Positions 9,214 to 19,100 of a stretch of 32,000 nucleotides of DNA are shown here, one piece after another; position 1 is the first letter of the stretch; every line of letters starts with the position of its first letter. This DNA comes from Candidatus Arthromitus sp. SFB-rat-Yit (GTDB lineage Bacteria > Bacillota > Clostridia > Clostridiales > Clostridiaceae). Where the stretch lies: positions 660,001 to 692,000 of the forward strand of contig NC_016012.1 of NCBI RefSeq assembly GCF_000283555.1, given 5' to 3'. The translations under genes and the position numbers were made by a program. The notes beneath the pieces were generated by a model. That model saw nothing but the letters and a program-made list of their open reading frames with translations, made no database searches and had not been told where the DNA came from.

Positions 9214-10084
9214 TACAAAACTTATGGCAATGTGTGCAGAAAAAAATATTGGAATGAGTTTTTGTACTCCATATGGTAAATTTCTCTGTAGAGTGCAAGG
9301 AAAAGTTTCAGGGAATATTTTACTTAGGAAGAAACAGTATAGAATTTCAGATGATGAATATAAGTCTTGTTTGATTGCTAAAAACTTTATCATTGGGAAA
9401 CTTATTAATTATAGAAATGTCTTAAATCGTTTCAAGAGAGATTATGCAGATAAATTTAATAAAAATGTAAAAAAATCGATTGAGTATTTATCTGATACTA
9501 TAAAGAGTGTTTCGAAATGTGAAGATTTGGATAATTTAAGAGGGCTTGAAGGAATTGGAAGTAAATTTTATTTTGAAGTTTTTAATGAATTAATATTGAT
9601 TAATGATGAGAGTTTTAGGTTTGATTCACGAAATAGAAGACCACCTCTTGATAGAGTTAATGCATTACTTTCTTTTGTGTATGTTCTTCTTTCACATGAC
9701 ATGGCATCATCTCTTGAAAGTGTTGGTCTTGATCCTCAAGCAGGATTTCTTCATAGAGATAGGCCAGGCAGAAATGGTTTAGCTCTGGATATGATGGAGG
9801 AATTAAGACCTTATTTATGTGATAGGTTTGTATTAAAATTAATAAACACAAAGGTTATCAAACATAATGATTTTATTGTAAAAGAAAATGGAAGTGTTTT
9901 GATGTTAGAAGACGCTCGTAAGAGCGTACTTACAGCTTGGCAAAAAAGGAAAAAAGATATTATAAAACACCCATTTTTAGGTGAAAAAATAGAAATTGGA
10001 CTTATACCTTATGTTCAGTCTTTATTACTTGCCAGATATTTAAGAGGAGATTTGGAAGAATATCCACCATATTTAATGAAGTGA
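9185..10084 (+). CDS. cas1: Type I-C Cas1 integrase, apparently missing the N-terminal ~45 residues
   Basis: Frame encodes ...LIGYQGASTKLMAMCAEKNIGMSFCTPYGKFLCRVQGKVSGNILLRKKQYRISDDEYKSCLIAKNFIIGK..., ALLSFVYVLLSHDMASSLESVGLDPQAGFLHRDRPGRNGLALDMMEELRP; the only upstream in-frame start is TTG at 9185, after an upstream TAA at 9152. Confidence 0.85.
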   Translation: MILIGYQGASTKLMAMCAEKNIGMSFCTPYGKFLCRVQGKVSGNILLRKKQYRISDDEYKSCLIAKNFIIGKLINYRNVLNRFKRDYADKFNKNVKKSIEYLSDTIKSVSKCEDLDNLRGLEGIGSKFYFEVFNELILINDESFRFDSRNRRPPLDRVNALLSFVYVLLSHDMASSLESVGLDPQAGFLHRDRPGRNGLALDMMEELRPYLCDRFVLKLINTKVIKHNDFIVKENGSVLMLEDARKSVLTAWQKRKKDIIKHPFLGEKIEIGLIPYVQSLLLARYLRGDLEEYPPYLMK

Positions 10085-10096
10085 TGAGGTGATACA

Positions 10097-10387
10097 GTGC
10101 TTATTTTGGTTACATATGATGTGAAAATAAATTTTGAAGATGGGGAAAAAAGACTTAGAAAAGTATCTAAAATTTGTGAAAATTATGGAATTAGAGTTCA
10201 AAACTCTGTTTTTGAGTGTGTAGTTGATAATATGCAATTTGAAATGTTGAAGTCAGAGATAGGTAAGGTAATGGATAAGGAACAAGATAGTGTTAGATAC
10301 TATAATTTAGGTAAATCTGGAAGAAATAAGGTGATTCATGTAGGAAGTAAAAATTCTATTGATGTTGAGGATGTTATTATAATTTAA
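10097..10387 (+). CDS. cas2: CRISPR-associated endoribonuclease Cas2
   Basis: GTG start at 10097 after GAGGTG; MLILVTYDVKINFEDGEKRLRKVSKICENYGIRVQNSVFECVVDNMQFEMLKSEI. Confidence 0.95.
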   Translation: MLILVTYDVKINFEDGEKRLRKVSKICENYGIRVQNSVFECVVDNMQFEMLKSEIGKVMDKEQDSVRYYNLGKSGRNKVIHVGSKNSIDVEDVIII

Positions 10388-10557
10388 TTGCGAAGTATAA
10401 GCTTACATAAAATTTCTAGAATGGTTCGCAAGATCTTATTAATACTGAATTAAATAAAATTATTATATGTTGAAATTTATAAAAAATTGTGTAAAATTAT
10501 ATTGTTCGCATAAATAGTGTTTTTATTTATGATTGATACTTATTTTAAAATTTAACG
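10388..10557 (+). promoter_or_regulatory. Putative CRISPR leader
   Basis: 170-bp AT-rich non-coding interval between cas2 and first repeat, on the side opposite the degenerate terminal repeat. Confidence 0.75.
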
Positions 10558-12035
10558 GTCGCACCTCACGCAGGTGCGTGGATTGAAATCCCCAATTATA
10601 ACACCTGCCGTAATACCTATTACTGTCGCACCTCACGCAGGTGCGTGGATTGAAATTCTAATGTAATTATAAACATCTTTAGTGCTAACTGTCGCACCTC
10701 ACGCAGGTGCGTGGATTGAAATCATATACGATATCCGGAAGAAAATTGCCTGAATAGGTCGCACCTCACGCAGGTGCGTGGATTGAAATAATAAGTAGTG
10801 TTGCATCTAGCATGGGATACTCGTCGCACCTCACGCAGGTGCGTGGATTGAAATTGAAAATAATTTTAAGGAATTGAAAGTAGGGGGAGGTCGCACCTCA
10901 CGCAGGTGCGTGGATTGAAATCATCTTATAATCTGCTATTTGCTTAGCTACATTGTCGCACCTCACGCAGGTGCGTGGATTGAAATATCATCGTTTATAT
11001 TTGTTGATATTACCCCACTTGGTCGCACCTCACGCAGGTGCGTGGATTGAAATCCATGCCCTTGTGGTATTAGTTTTAGACTTGAGGTCGCACCTCACGC
11101 AGGTGCGTGGATTGAAATAACCTTCACTTTTGTGTTTGTAATAAAACTTATGTCGCACCTCACGCAGGTGCGTGGATTGAAATCGAAATTTACTGTTAAA
11201 ACAAATGTTGGCAAAAGTCGCACCTCACGCAGGTGCGTGGATTGAAATTACGAGCTTGGCTCTCTAGTTTTTTCTGTTCTTGTCGCACCTCACGCAGGTG
11301 CGTGGATTGAAATTATATCAGTTGGTGGAGATGGAGAGTCTGGAGGGTCGCACCTCACGCAGGTGCGTGGATTGAAATTTTTGATAGTTTATTAACTACT
11401 TCAAAGTACTTGTCGCACCTCACGCAGGTGCGTGGATTGAAATATGTGGAGGGTTGGAAAGAGGTTTTAGAGTTTATTGTCGCACCTCACGCAGGTGCGT
11501 GGATTGAAATTTTCATTTTTTTACTTTTACTTTTAAAATATAAGTCGCACCTCACGCAGGTGCGTGGATTGAAATGTTAGCTCCATATTGGGACATTCCA
11601 ACACCATGACGTCGCACCTCACGCAGGTGCGTGGATTGAAATACTGGATCTACCTTAGATACAACCACAACCAAAGTCGCACCTCACGCAGGTGCGTGGA
11701 TTGAAATCTTCATAAAATACACAATCTTCAATATAAATATGTCGCACCTCACGCAGGTGCGTGGATTGAAATTCTAATATCATTTTTAACCTTCCTTTTT
11801 TAATTGAGTCGCACCTCACGCAGGTGCGTGGATTGAAATACGTGCATGATGAGATAATACTTGAAACGGATAAGTCGCACCTCACGCAGGTGCGTGGATT
11901 GAAATAAAGAGTATGACGGCGTATTAAGTATACGTTTAGTCGCACCTCACGCAGGTGCGTGGATTGAAATCAGAGTGTCCTGGACAAATTTCAATATTTG
12001 ATCGTCGCACCTCACGCAGGTGCGTGGATTGAAGT
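10558..12035 (+). CRISPR. Type I-C CRISPR array, 23 repeats / 22 spacers
   Basis: 32-bp repeat GTCGCACCTCACGCAGGTGCGTGGATTGAAAT (internal 7-bp stem CGCACCT/AGGTGCG) at 65-67 bp period; spacers 33-35 bp; last repeat (12004-12035) ends GAAGT instead of GAAAT. Confidence 0.99.
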
Positions 12036-12044
12036 TGGATTTTA

Positions 12045-12788
12045 TTATTTCATAGAGAGCAAGAGGGTGAGTGAAAAATATATGATTGGTTGATGGATTA
12101 TGTATAAGGCGAGAGAGTGTCTTCCGATCCATTCAAGAAATTTGAATTTACTTGGAGTTAAATATCTGAGTAGATTGTGATGCTTAGCTATTTCATATGA
12201 AAAATATCCAGTGATATATAAAAATATCCATGGCATCAGTGGAAAGTAGTCTGATGAATAAAAGTTTGGCATAGGAAATCCTAAATATGTAGTTAAAGAA
12301 TTTTTGTATAAGTTTCTTGGTAAATTTATAAAATTCAAATTTCCAAATCCGATATTGCCTTTATTGATATTTTTTGTTAATAGAAAAAGGATTGCGAAGA
12401 GAATTAGCCCAAAAGTTTTTGGGAATTTTCCTAAAAATTTTCTTAAAGGAATCATCAAAATCGTAGATGATCCGATTAATGTTAAAATTCCAAATCTTAC
12501 TTGGCTTTGTGGAGTTACGATCATTGTAACAATTTCTATTAAAAATCCGAAAAATAAAATCGTAATGCCTCTCTTGAATTTTTTCCTTCCTAATGGCTCA
12601 CAGAATCCAGAAATAAAAATGAATGTGCAACATATAAATTGCTGCCATATGTATGCAATGTCTGAACTAAACCATTCTATGTTAAATCCTAAGATGTAAA
12701 CAAGATCCCAAATCAAATGATATATGATCATATTTATTACTGCAAATCCACGTACTCCATCTAAAACAAAATATCTTTTGTTTTTCAT
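12045..12788 (-). CDS. DUF1624 / heparan-alpha-glucosaminide N-acetyltransferase-like membrane protein
   Basis: MKNKRYFVLDGVRGFAVINMIIYHLIWDLVYI...; multiple hydrophobic segments; IGRHSLALYIIHQPIIY. Confidence 0.85.
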   Translation of the reverse strand: MKNKRYFVLDGVRGFAVINMIIYHLIWDLVYILGFNIEWFSSDIAYIWQQFICCTFIFISGFCEPLGRKKFKRGITILFFGFLIEIVTMIVTPQSQVRFGILTLIGSSTILMIPLRKFLGKFPKTFGLILFAILFLLTKNINKGNIGFGNLNFINLPRNLYKNSLTTYLGFPMPNFYSSDYFPLMPWIFLYITGYFSYEIAKHHNLLRYLTPSKFKFLEWIGRHSLALYIIHQPIIYFSLTLLLSMK

Positions 12789-12908
12789 TTTGTCTTATCG
12801 TCCTTTCAAGATTAAATTCATTAAATGTATTTTATAATATAGGATGGGCAAATTATTTACAATACACCAAATGATATTTTTAATAATGAAAATATAAGGG
12901 GAATTTTT

Positions 12909-13226
12909 ATGGGTCCATGGTATTTTGAAGAATCAGAATTTGATGGGGGATTAGCAGAGTTTATAGGAATTAATATATTATCCTTTTTGCTTATTGTTGT
13001 GACTTTGGGGATTGGGCTTCCGTGGGTTATGTGTATGAGGGAAAGGTATACAATTAATCATACGATTGTTAATGGACAAAGGTTGAAATTTATTGGCAAA
13101 GGTGGAAATTTGTTTTTGCATTGGCTTAGATGGATTTTGTTTACAATAATAACTCTTGGGATTTATGGTTTTCTAATAGGAATACGGTTTCGTCAATGGA
13201 AAGCAAAAAATATTGTGTTTGATTGA
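12909..13226 (+). CDS. Small membrane protein, DUF898/YjgN-like
   Basis: WYFEESEFDGGLAEFIGINILSFLLIVVTLGIGLPWVMCMRERYTINHTIVNGQRLKFIGKGGNLFLHWLRWILFTIITLGIYGFLIGIRFRQWKAKN. Confidence 0.7.
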   Translation: MGPWYFEESEFDGGLAEFIGINILSFLLIVVTLGIGLPWVMCMRERYTINHTIVNGQRLKFIGKGGNLFLHWLRWILFTIITLGIYGFLIGIRFRQWKAKNIVFD

Positions 13227-13241
13227 TGTAAATAAAATTAA

Positions 13242-13274
13242 GTGGTGGTTATTATGGATAACAACCATTTTTTT
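13242..13274 (+). terminator. Intrinsic terminator after the DUF898-like gene
   Basis: GTGGTGGTTAT-TATGG-ATAACAACCAT hairpin (one mismatch) followed by a T-run. Confidence 0.65.
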
Positions 13275-13411
13275 ATAACTAAATAAATTAGTATAGTAGA
13301 ATTGAGTGTTAATTCATGGTATAATTATCGATATATTTTTTGAATTTATACAATGTGTTTTTATGCAATTTAAATATTAGATAGGCTATAAAGGAAAGGA
13401 TACGGGGAATA

Positions 13412-14998
13412 ATGGAAGTTGGAATTAGAAACGAACAAGAGAGAGATGAGATTCATCGTGCAATATGGGCGATAGCTGATGAGCTTCGAGGAGCTGTAGA
13501 TGGTTGGGACTTTAAGAATTACATACTTGGTATGATGTTTTATCGTTATATTTCGGAAAATTTGACAAATTATATTAACGATGGAGAGGTTGAGACAAAT
13601 GCTAGTTTTAATTTTGCGGAATGTTCAGATGAAGAGGTAGAAGAGTTAAGAGAAGAAATTATTGACGAAAAAGGTTTTTACATTCCTCCTAGTGAGCTTT
13701 TTGAAAATATACGGAAGAGAAGTAATTCAGATAGCGAATGGGCTAGGTCAAGCTTGAACGAAAAACTTGATTCGGTATTTCGTAATATCGAGCAATCATC
13801 TCAGGGAAGTGAATCTGAAGGTAATTTTGCAGGATTGTTTACAGATTTTGACGTTAATAGCAATAAGCTAGGCTCAAATGTTTACAAGAGAAATGAGAAA
13901 CTTGTAAAGTTGATCAATGGTATAGCTAATATGAATTTAGCATCTATTAAGGATCAAAATATAGATGCTTTTGGTGATGCTTACGAGTATTTGATGGGAA
14001 TGTATGCATCGAATGCTGGCAAATCTGGTGGTGAGTTCTTTACGCCTGCTGCTGTATCTGAACTTTTAACTCGTCTTGGAACGGTTGGGAAGAAGGAAGT
14101 AAACAAAGTCTATGATCCAGCATGTGGGAGTGGTTCGCTTCTTTTGAAGTCGCTTAAGGTTTTGGGTAGAGATGCTGTTTGTGATGGGTTTTTTGGACAA
14201 GAGATCAATATAACGACTTATAATCTTTGTCGTATTAATATGTTTTTGCATGATGTGGGGTTTGACAAATTTAATATTGAATGTGATGATACTTTGGTTT
14301 CTCCGAAACACTGGGATAATCAGCCATTTGATTTGATTGTTTCGAATCCTCCATATTCGATTAAGTGGGAAGGGTCTGACAATGTTACGCTTATTAGTGA
14401 TTTGAGGTTTTCTCCTGCAGGAGTGCTTGCACCGAAGAGTAAAGCGGACCTTGCTTTTGTTATGCATATAATTTCTTGGCTTTCACCGAGTGGTACTGGT
14501 GCGATTGTATGTTTTCCTGGCATTATGTATCGTGGGGGATCGGAGAAAAAGATTCGTGAGTATTTGGTAAACGAAAATTATATTGATTGTATTATTCAAT
14601 TGCCATCAAATTTATTTTTTGGGACTTCTATTGCGACTTGTATCATGATTATGAAGAAAAATAAGAAGAATAACAAAACTCTTTTCATTGATGCGAGTAA
14701 TGAATATGTTAAAGATACGAATAATAACAAACTAAACCAAGAAAACATTAATAGAATTGTTGAAATATTTACAAAGCGTGAGGATATTGATCATATTTCC
14801 CGCTTGGTTAGTTATGAAGAAATTAAAGAGAATGATTTTAATCTTTCTGTATCAACTTATGTTGAGGCTGAAGATACTAGAGAGAAGATTGATATTGTGA
14901 AGCTTAATTCCGAGATAAAAGAGATCGTTTTACGTGAAGAGATGTTAAGGAAAGAAATTGACAAAATTATCGAGGAAATTGAGAGGGACAATGAGTAA
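13412..14998 (+). CDS. hsdM: Type I restriction-modification system DNA methyltransferase subunit (M)
   Basis: GEFFTPAAVSELL, VYDPACGSGSLLL, FDLIVSNPPYSIKW, KADLAFVMHIISWLSPSGTGAIVCFPGIMYRGGSEKKIREYL. Confidence 0.96.
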   Translation: MEVGIRNEQERDEIHRAIWAIADELRGAVDGWDFKNYILGMMFYRYISENLTNYINDGEVETNASFNFAECSDEEVEELREEIIDEKGFYIPPSELFENIRKRSNSDSEWARSSLNEKLDSVFRNIEQSSQGSESEGNFAGLFTDFDVNSNKLGSNVYKRNEKLVKLINGIANMNLASIKDQNIDAFGDAYEYLMGMYASNAGKSGGEFFTPAAVSELLTRLGTVGKKEVNKVYDPACGSGSLLLKSLKVLGRDAVCDGFFGQEINITTYNLCRINMFLHDVGFDKFNIECDDTLVSPKHWDNQPFDLIVSNPPYSIKWEGSDNVTLISDLRFSPAGVLAPKSKADLAFVMHIISWLSPSGTGAIVCFPGIMYRGGSEKKIREYLVNENYIDCIIQLPSNLFFGTSIATCIMIMKKNKKNNKTLFIDASNEYVKDTNNNKLNQENINRIVEIFTKREDIDHISRLVSYEEIKENDFNLSVSTYVEAEDTREKIDIVKLNSEIKEIVLREEMLRKEIDKIIEEIERDNE

Positions 14999-16172
14999 AC
15001 TTGATAAATTGATAAAAGAACTTTGTCCTGATGGAGTTGAGTATTTTAAAGTGGAAACTATTTGTAATATATCAAGAGGTCGAGTGATGTCTAAAAATTA
15101 TTTAAGAAATAATAAGGGAGAATATCCTGTTTATTCATCACAGACTGAAAATGATGGTAAACTTGGAGAAATATCGACATATGACTTTGATGGTGAATAT
15201 ATAACTTGGACAACAGATGGGGCACATGCAGGTTCAGTATTTTATAGATATGGTAAATTTAGTATAACTAATATATGTGGGATGTTAGAAGTTAAGGAAA
15301 AAAGTAAAAACTTAGTTAGATATATTTATTATATTTTAAAATTATATGCAAAAAAATATGTGAATAAAGGAATGGGTAATCCTAAATTGATGAGTAATGT
15401 TATGGGAAGCATAAAAATCCCAATACCACCTCTAGAAATTCAAGAAGAGATTGTACATATTTTAGATTCGTTTACAGAGCTTACAGCAGAGCTTACAGCA
15501 GAGCTTACAGCAGAGCTTACAGCAAGAAAGAAACAGTATGAGTATTATAGAGATAAGCTATTTACGTTTGGTGATGATGTGCCGAGGGTAAAACTCAAGG
15601 ATGTTGCAACGATAATTAGAGGTGGAAATTTTCAGAAAAAAGATTTTAGAGATGAAGGATTTCCATGTATTCATTATGGGCAGATATATACAAAATATGG
15701 AATGAAAGTTAAAAATACAATTAGTTTTGTTGAGGGAGAAATTTTTGAAAAATCAAAGAAAGCTCAGAAGAATGATATCATAATGGCAGTAACGAGCGAA
15801 AATCTTAAAGATTTATGTAAGTGTTTAGTTTGGTTGGGAGATGAAGATGCTGCAATTAGTGGAGATGCTGTAATTATTAAACATAATCAAAACCCATCTT
15901 ATCTAGCTTATTATTTTTATACAGAAATGTTTTTTACGCAAAAACGTAGGTTAGCACATGGAACAAAAGTTATTAGAGTAACTCCGAGTAATTTATTAGA
16001 TATAGAAATTCCTCTTCCCTCCTTAGAAGAACAAGAAAGAATAGTTTCAATACTTGATAAATTTGATAAGCTTTGTAACGATTTAACTGAAGGACTCCCT
16101 GCAGAGATTGAAGCGAGGAAGAAACAATACGAATATTATAGGGACAAGCTTTTGACTTTTAAAGAAAAATAA
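14991..16172 (+). CDS. hsdS: Type I restriction-modification system specificity subunit (S), two target-recognition domains
   Basis: ATG at 14991 overlaps hsdM stop by 8 bp; two IPIPPLEIQEEIVHILDSF...RKKQYEYYRDKL / IPLPSLEEQERIVSILDKF...RKKQYEYYRDKLLTF conserved regions. Confidence 0.95.
   Translation: MSKLDKLIKELCPDGVEYFKVETICNISRGRVMSKNYLRNNKGEYPVYSSQTENDGKLGEISTYDFDGEYITWTTDGAHAGSVFYRYGKFSITNICGMLEVKEKSKNLVRYIYYILKLYAKKYVNKGMGNPKLMSNVMGSIKIPIPPLEIQEEIVHILDSFTELTAELTAELTAELTARKKQYEYYRDKLFTFGDDVPRVKLKDVATIIRGGNFQKKDFRDEGFPCIHYGQIYTKYGMKVKNTISFVEGEIFEKSKKAQKNDIIMAVTSENLKDLCKCLVWLGDEDAAISGDAVIIKHNQNPSYLAYYFYTEMFFTQKRRLAHGTKVIRVTPSNLLDIEIPLPSLEEQERIVSILDKFDKLCNDLTEGLPAEIEARKKQYEYYRDKLLTFKEK
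15477..15524 (+). repeat. Four perfect in-frame 12-bp tandem repeats GAGCTTACAGCA (ELTA)x4 in hsdS central conserved region
   Basis: Direct reading: 15477-15488, 15489-15500, 15501-15512, 15513-15524 all GAGCTTACAGCA. Confidence 0.97.
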
Positions 16173-16190
16173 ACAGAAAGGGTGATGTAT

Positions 16191-19100
16191 ATGTCTTTTT
16201 ATAACGTTGTAGCTGAAACAAATGAAAATACTGTTGTGTATGAATATATTCCTAAGAAAAATCGTTCCGAACACTATCAAAGCGAGGCTGAACTTGAAAA
16301 AGAATTCATTAACATGCTTTGTGAACAAGGATATGAATATCTATCGATTAAAACGGAAAACGATTTGAAAAATAACTTAAGAGAAAAATTGGAAGAGCTT
16401 AATAAATATAAGTTTAGTAATTCTGAATGGAATAGTTTCTTTAAGTCTGTTATAGCAAATCCTAACGAACATATTGTAGAAAAAACCCAAAAAATTCAAG
16501 AGGACAACATACAAGTGTTAAAATGTGACGATGGTTCTTCTAAAAATATAACCCTAATTGATAAAAAGAATATACATAATAATTCTGTTCAAGTTATCAA
16601 TCAATATGTGATTGGGAAAAAAGATGGAGCAAAATATAACAATAGATACGATGTGACCATTCTTGTTAACGGTTTCCCTCTCGTTCATGTGGAATTAAAA
16701 CGTAGAGGGGTTGCCATAAAAGAAGCATTCAATCAAATTAATCGTTATCAGTCCGATAGTTTTTGGGCAGGATGTGGCTTGTATGAATATATTCAAATAT
16801 TTGTTATATCGAACGGCACACATACTAAATATTATTCAAATACTACACGTTTCAACTCCGTCAAAAATTCTAAACAATCTGCATATAGAAACAAAAATAA
16901 AACGAGTAATAGTTTTGAGTTCACTTCTTTTTGGGCAGATGCAAAAAATAAAACTATTGCAGATTTAATTCATTTCACAGAAACATTTTTCGCAAAACAT
17001 ACCATATTAAATATCCTCACGAAATATTGCGTATTTACTTCTGAAAATATTCTCCTCGTTATGCGTCCGTATCAAATAACCGCAACAGAAGCTATCATTA
17101 ATAAAATTAAAATGTCTAATAGTTGTAAAACTTACGGAAGTACTGCAGGAGGTGGATATATATGGCATACAACAGGATCAGGGAAAACACTAACTTCATT
17201 CAAAACTGCGAGAGAAGCCTCTAATCTAAATTTTATTGATAAAGTTTTGTTTGTTGTTGACCGTAAAGATCTTGACTATCAAACCATGAAAGAATATGAC
17301 AGATTTGAAAAAGGTTCAGCAAATAGCAATGTAACGACAAAAATACTTGCAAGACAACTTGAAGATGAAAATTCTAAAATCATAATCACAACCATTCAAA
17401 AACTGTCTACATTCGTTAAGAAAAATCCTGACCATAAAGTCTATAAAAAGCACGTTGTAATTATTTTTGATGAATGTCATAGAAGTCAGTTTGGTGAGAT
17501 GCACACTTCAATAACAAAGAAATTTTCAAAATATTATTTGTTCGGATTCACAGGAACGCCAGTATTTTCAGTTAATGCACTTAAAAAATCAGAAGCATGC
17601 ACAACAGAATATATTTTTGGAGATAAGCTTCATGCGTATACCATTGTAAACGCTATAAATGATAAAAACGTTCTTGGATTTAAAGTTGATTATGTTAGAA
17701 CAATGAATATGCAGCATGAAGATGAAATTGATGATGAAATGGTTAATGATATCGACCGTGAAAAGTTGATGATGCATCCTGAAAGAATAAAAGGTGTGAC
17801 GAAATATATATTGAATAAATTTGATTTAAAAACTTATCGAGGACACAGTAAATATAGTTATTTCCATGATTTATTTACAAATATTTCTGAAATAGTTTCT
17901 AAAGATCATGGAGTTGTAGAAGGAATCAAAGAAAAACAACACATCATTGGATTTAATTCTATTTTTGCAGTTGCCTCTGTTAACATGGCAAAACTTTATT
18001 ATGATGAATTCAAAAGGCAAATGGGAGAAGACCCTAAAAATAAATTGCGTATTGCGACTATATTTAGTTTTGGAGCTAATGAAGAAGAGTATGATGGAGA
18101 TTTGGGAGATGAAAACCCAGAGAATGCTTCATCTCTTGATAAATCTTCTCGTGATTTTCTCGAGGAAGCCATAGAAGATTATAACAAAATGTTCCATACG
18201 AATTATGATACCTCAAGTGAAAAATTTCAAAACTATTATAAAGATGTATCTCTTCGTATGAAGAATAAAGAATTGGATCTTCTTATTGTGGTTAATATGT
18301 TTTTGACAGGATTTGATGCTACTACATTAAATACGCTTTGGGTAGATAAAAATTTAAAAATGCACGGACTTATTCAGGCATTTTCAAGGACTAATCGAAT
18401 TTTTAATTCTGTTAAGAGTCATGGAAATATTGTGTGTTTTAGAAATCTTCAAAAATGTGTTGATGATGCACTCGTGGTTTTTGGAGATGATGATGCAAAA
18501 AGAGTTATTATTTTAAATAGTTTTAAAGATTATTACTATGGATACACAGATAAAGATGGTAAACGAATACCAGGATATTTAGAAATGGTTGAAAAATTGA
18601 AGGAAAATTTCCCTGTTTCGGACCCAAATATTATTGGAGAAAAAAATCAAGAAGAATTTGTATTACTTTTTGGTGCAATTCTTCGTATGCGTAATTTGTT
18701 AATATCGTTTGATGAATTTGCTGGAAAAGAGCTGATAACAGAGCGTGACTTTCAGGATTATCTTGGAAAATATCAAGATATCCGTGATGAATGGAATATT
18801 AAAAGAGATTCTGGAGAAAAAATGGATGTTGGTGATGACGTTGTATTTGAAGTGGAATTTATTAAAGAAATAGAAATCAATATTGATTATATCCTTATGC
18901 TTGTCAAAAAGTATCACGATACTAATTGTAAAGACAAAGAAGTAATTATTACAATAAACAAAGCAATTAACGCAAGCCCTGAACTTCGAAGCAAAAGACA
19001 ACTTATTGAATCGTTCATTAAAACAGTTGATGTAACAGATGATATTTTTAATGAATGGGATAAGTATGTTATATCAAAATATGAAGAAGATGTAGAAAAC

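Noticed and set aside
11655-12132. Minus-strand ORFs (96 and 61 aa) with repeated FNPRTCVRCD peptides
   Set aside because: These are translations of the CRISPR repeat; the apparent Cys-rich peptide repeat is not a real protein.
12304-12699. 131-aa + strand ORF with hydrophobic segments
   Set aside because: Entirely antisense to the well-supported DUF1624 membrane protein; hydrophobicity is a shadow of the opposite strand.
15561-16172. Possible hsdS shufflon or inverted specificity cassettes
   Set aside because: Only one hsdS is present, with no partial hsdS copy, recombinase gene or inverted repeat visible; the RKKQYEYYRDKL duplication is the normal internal symmetry of S subunits.
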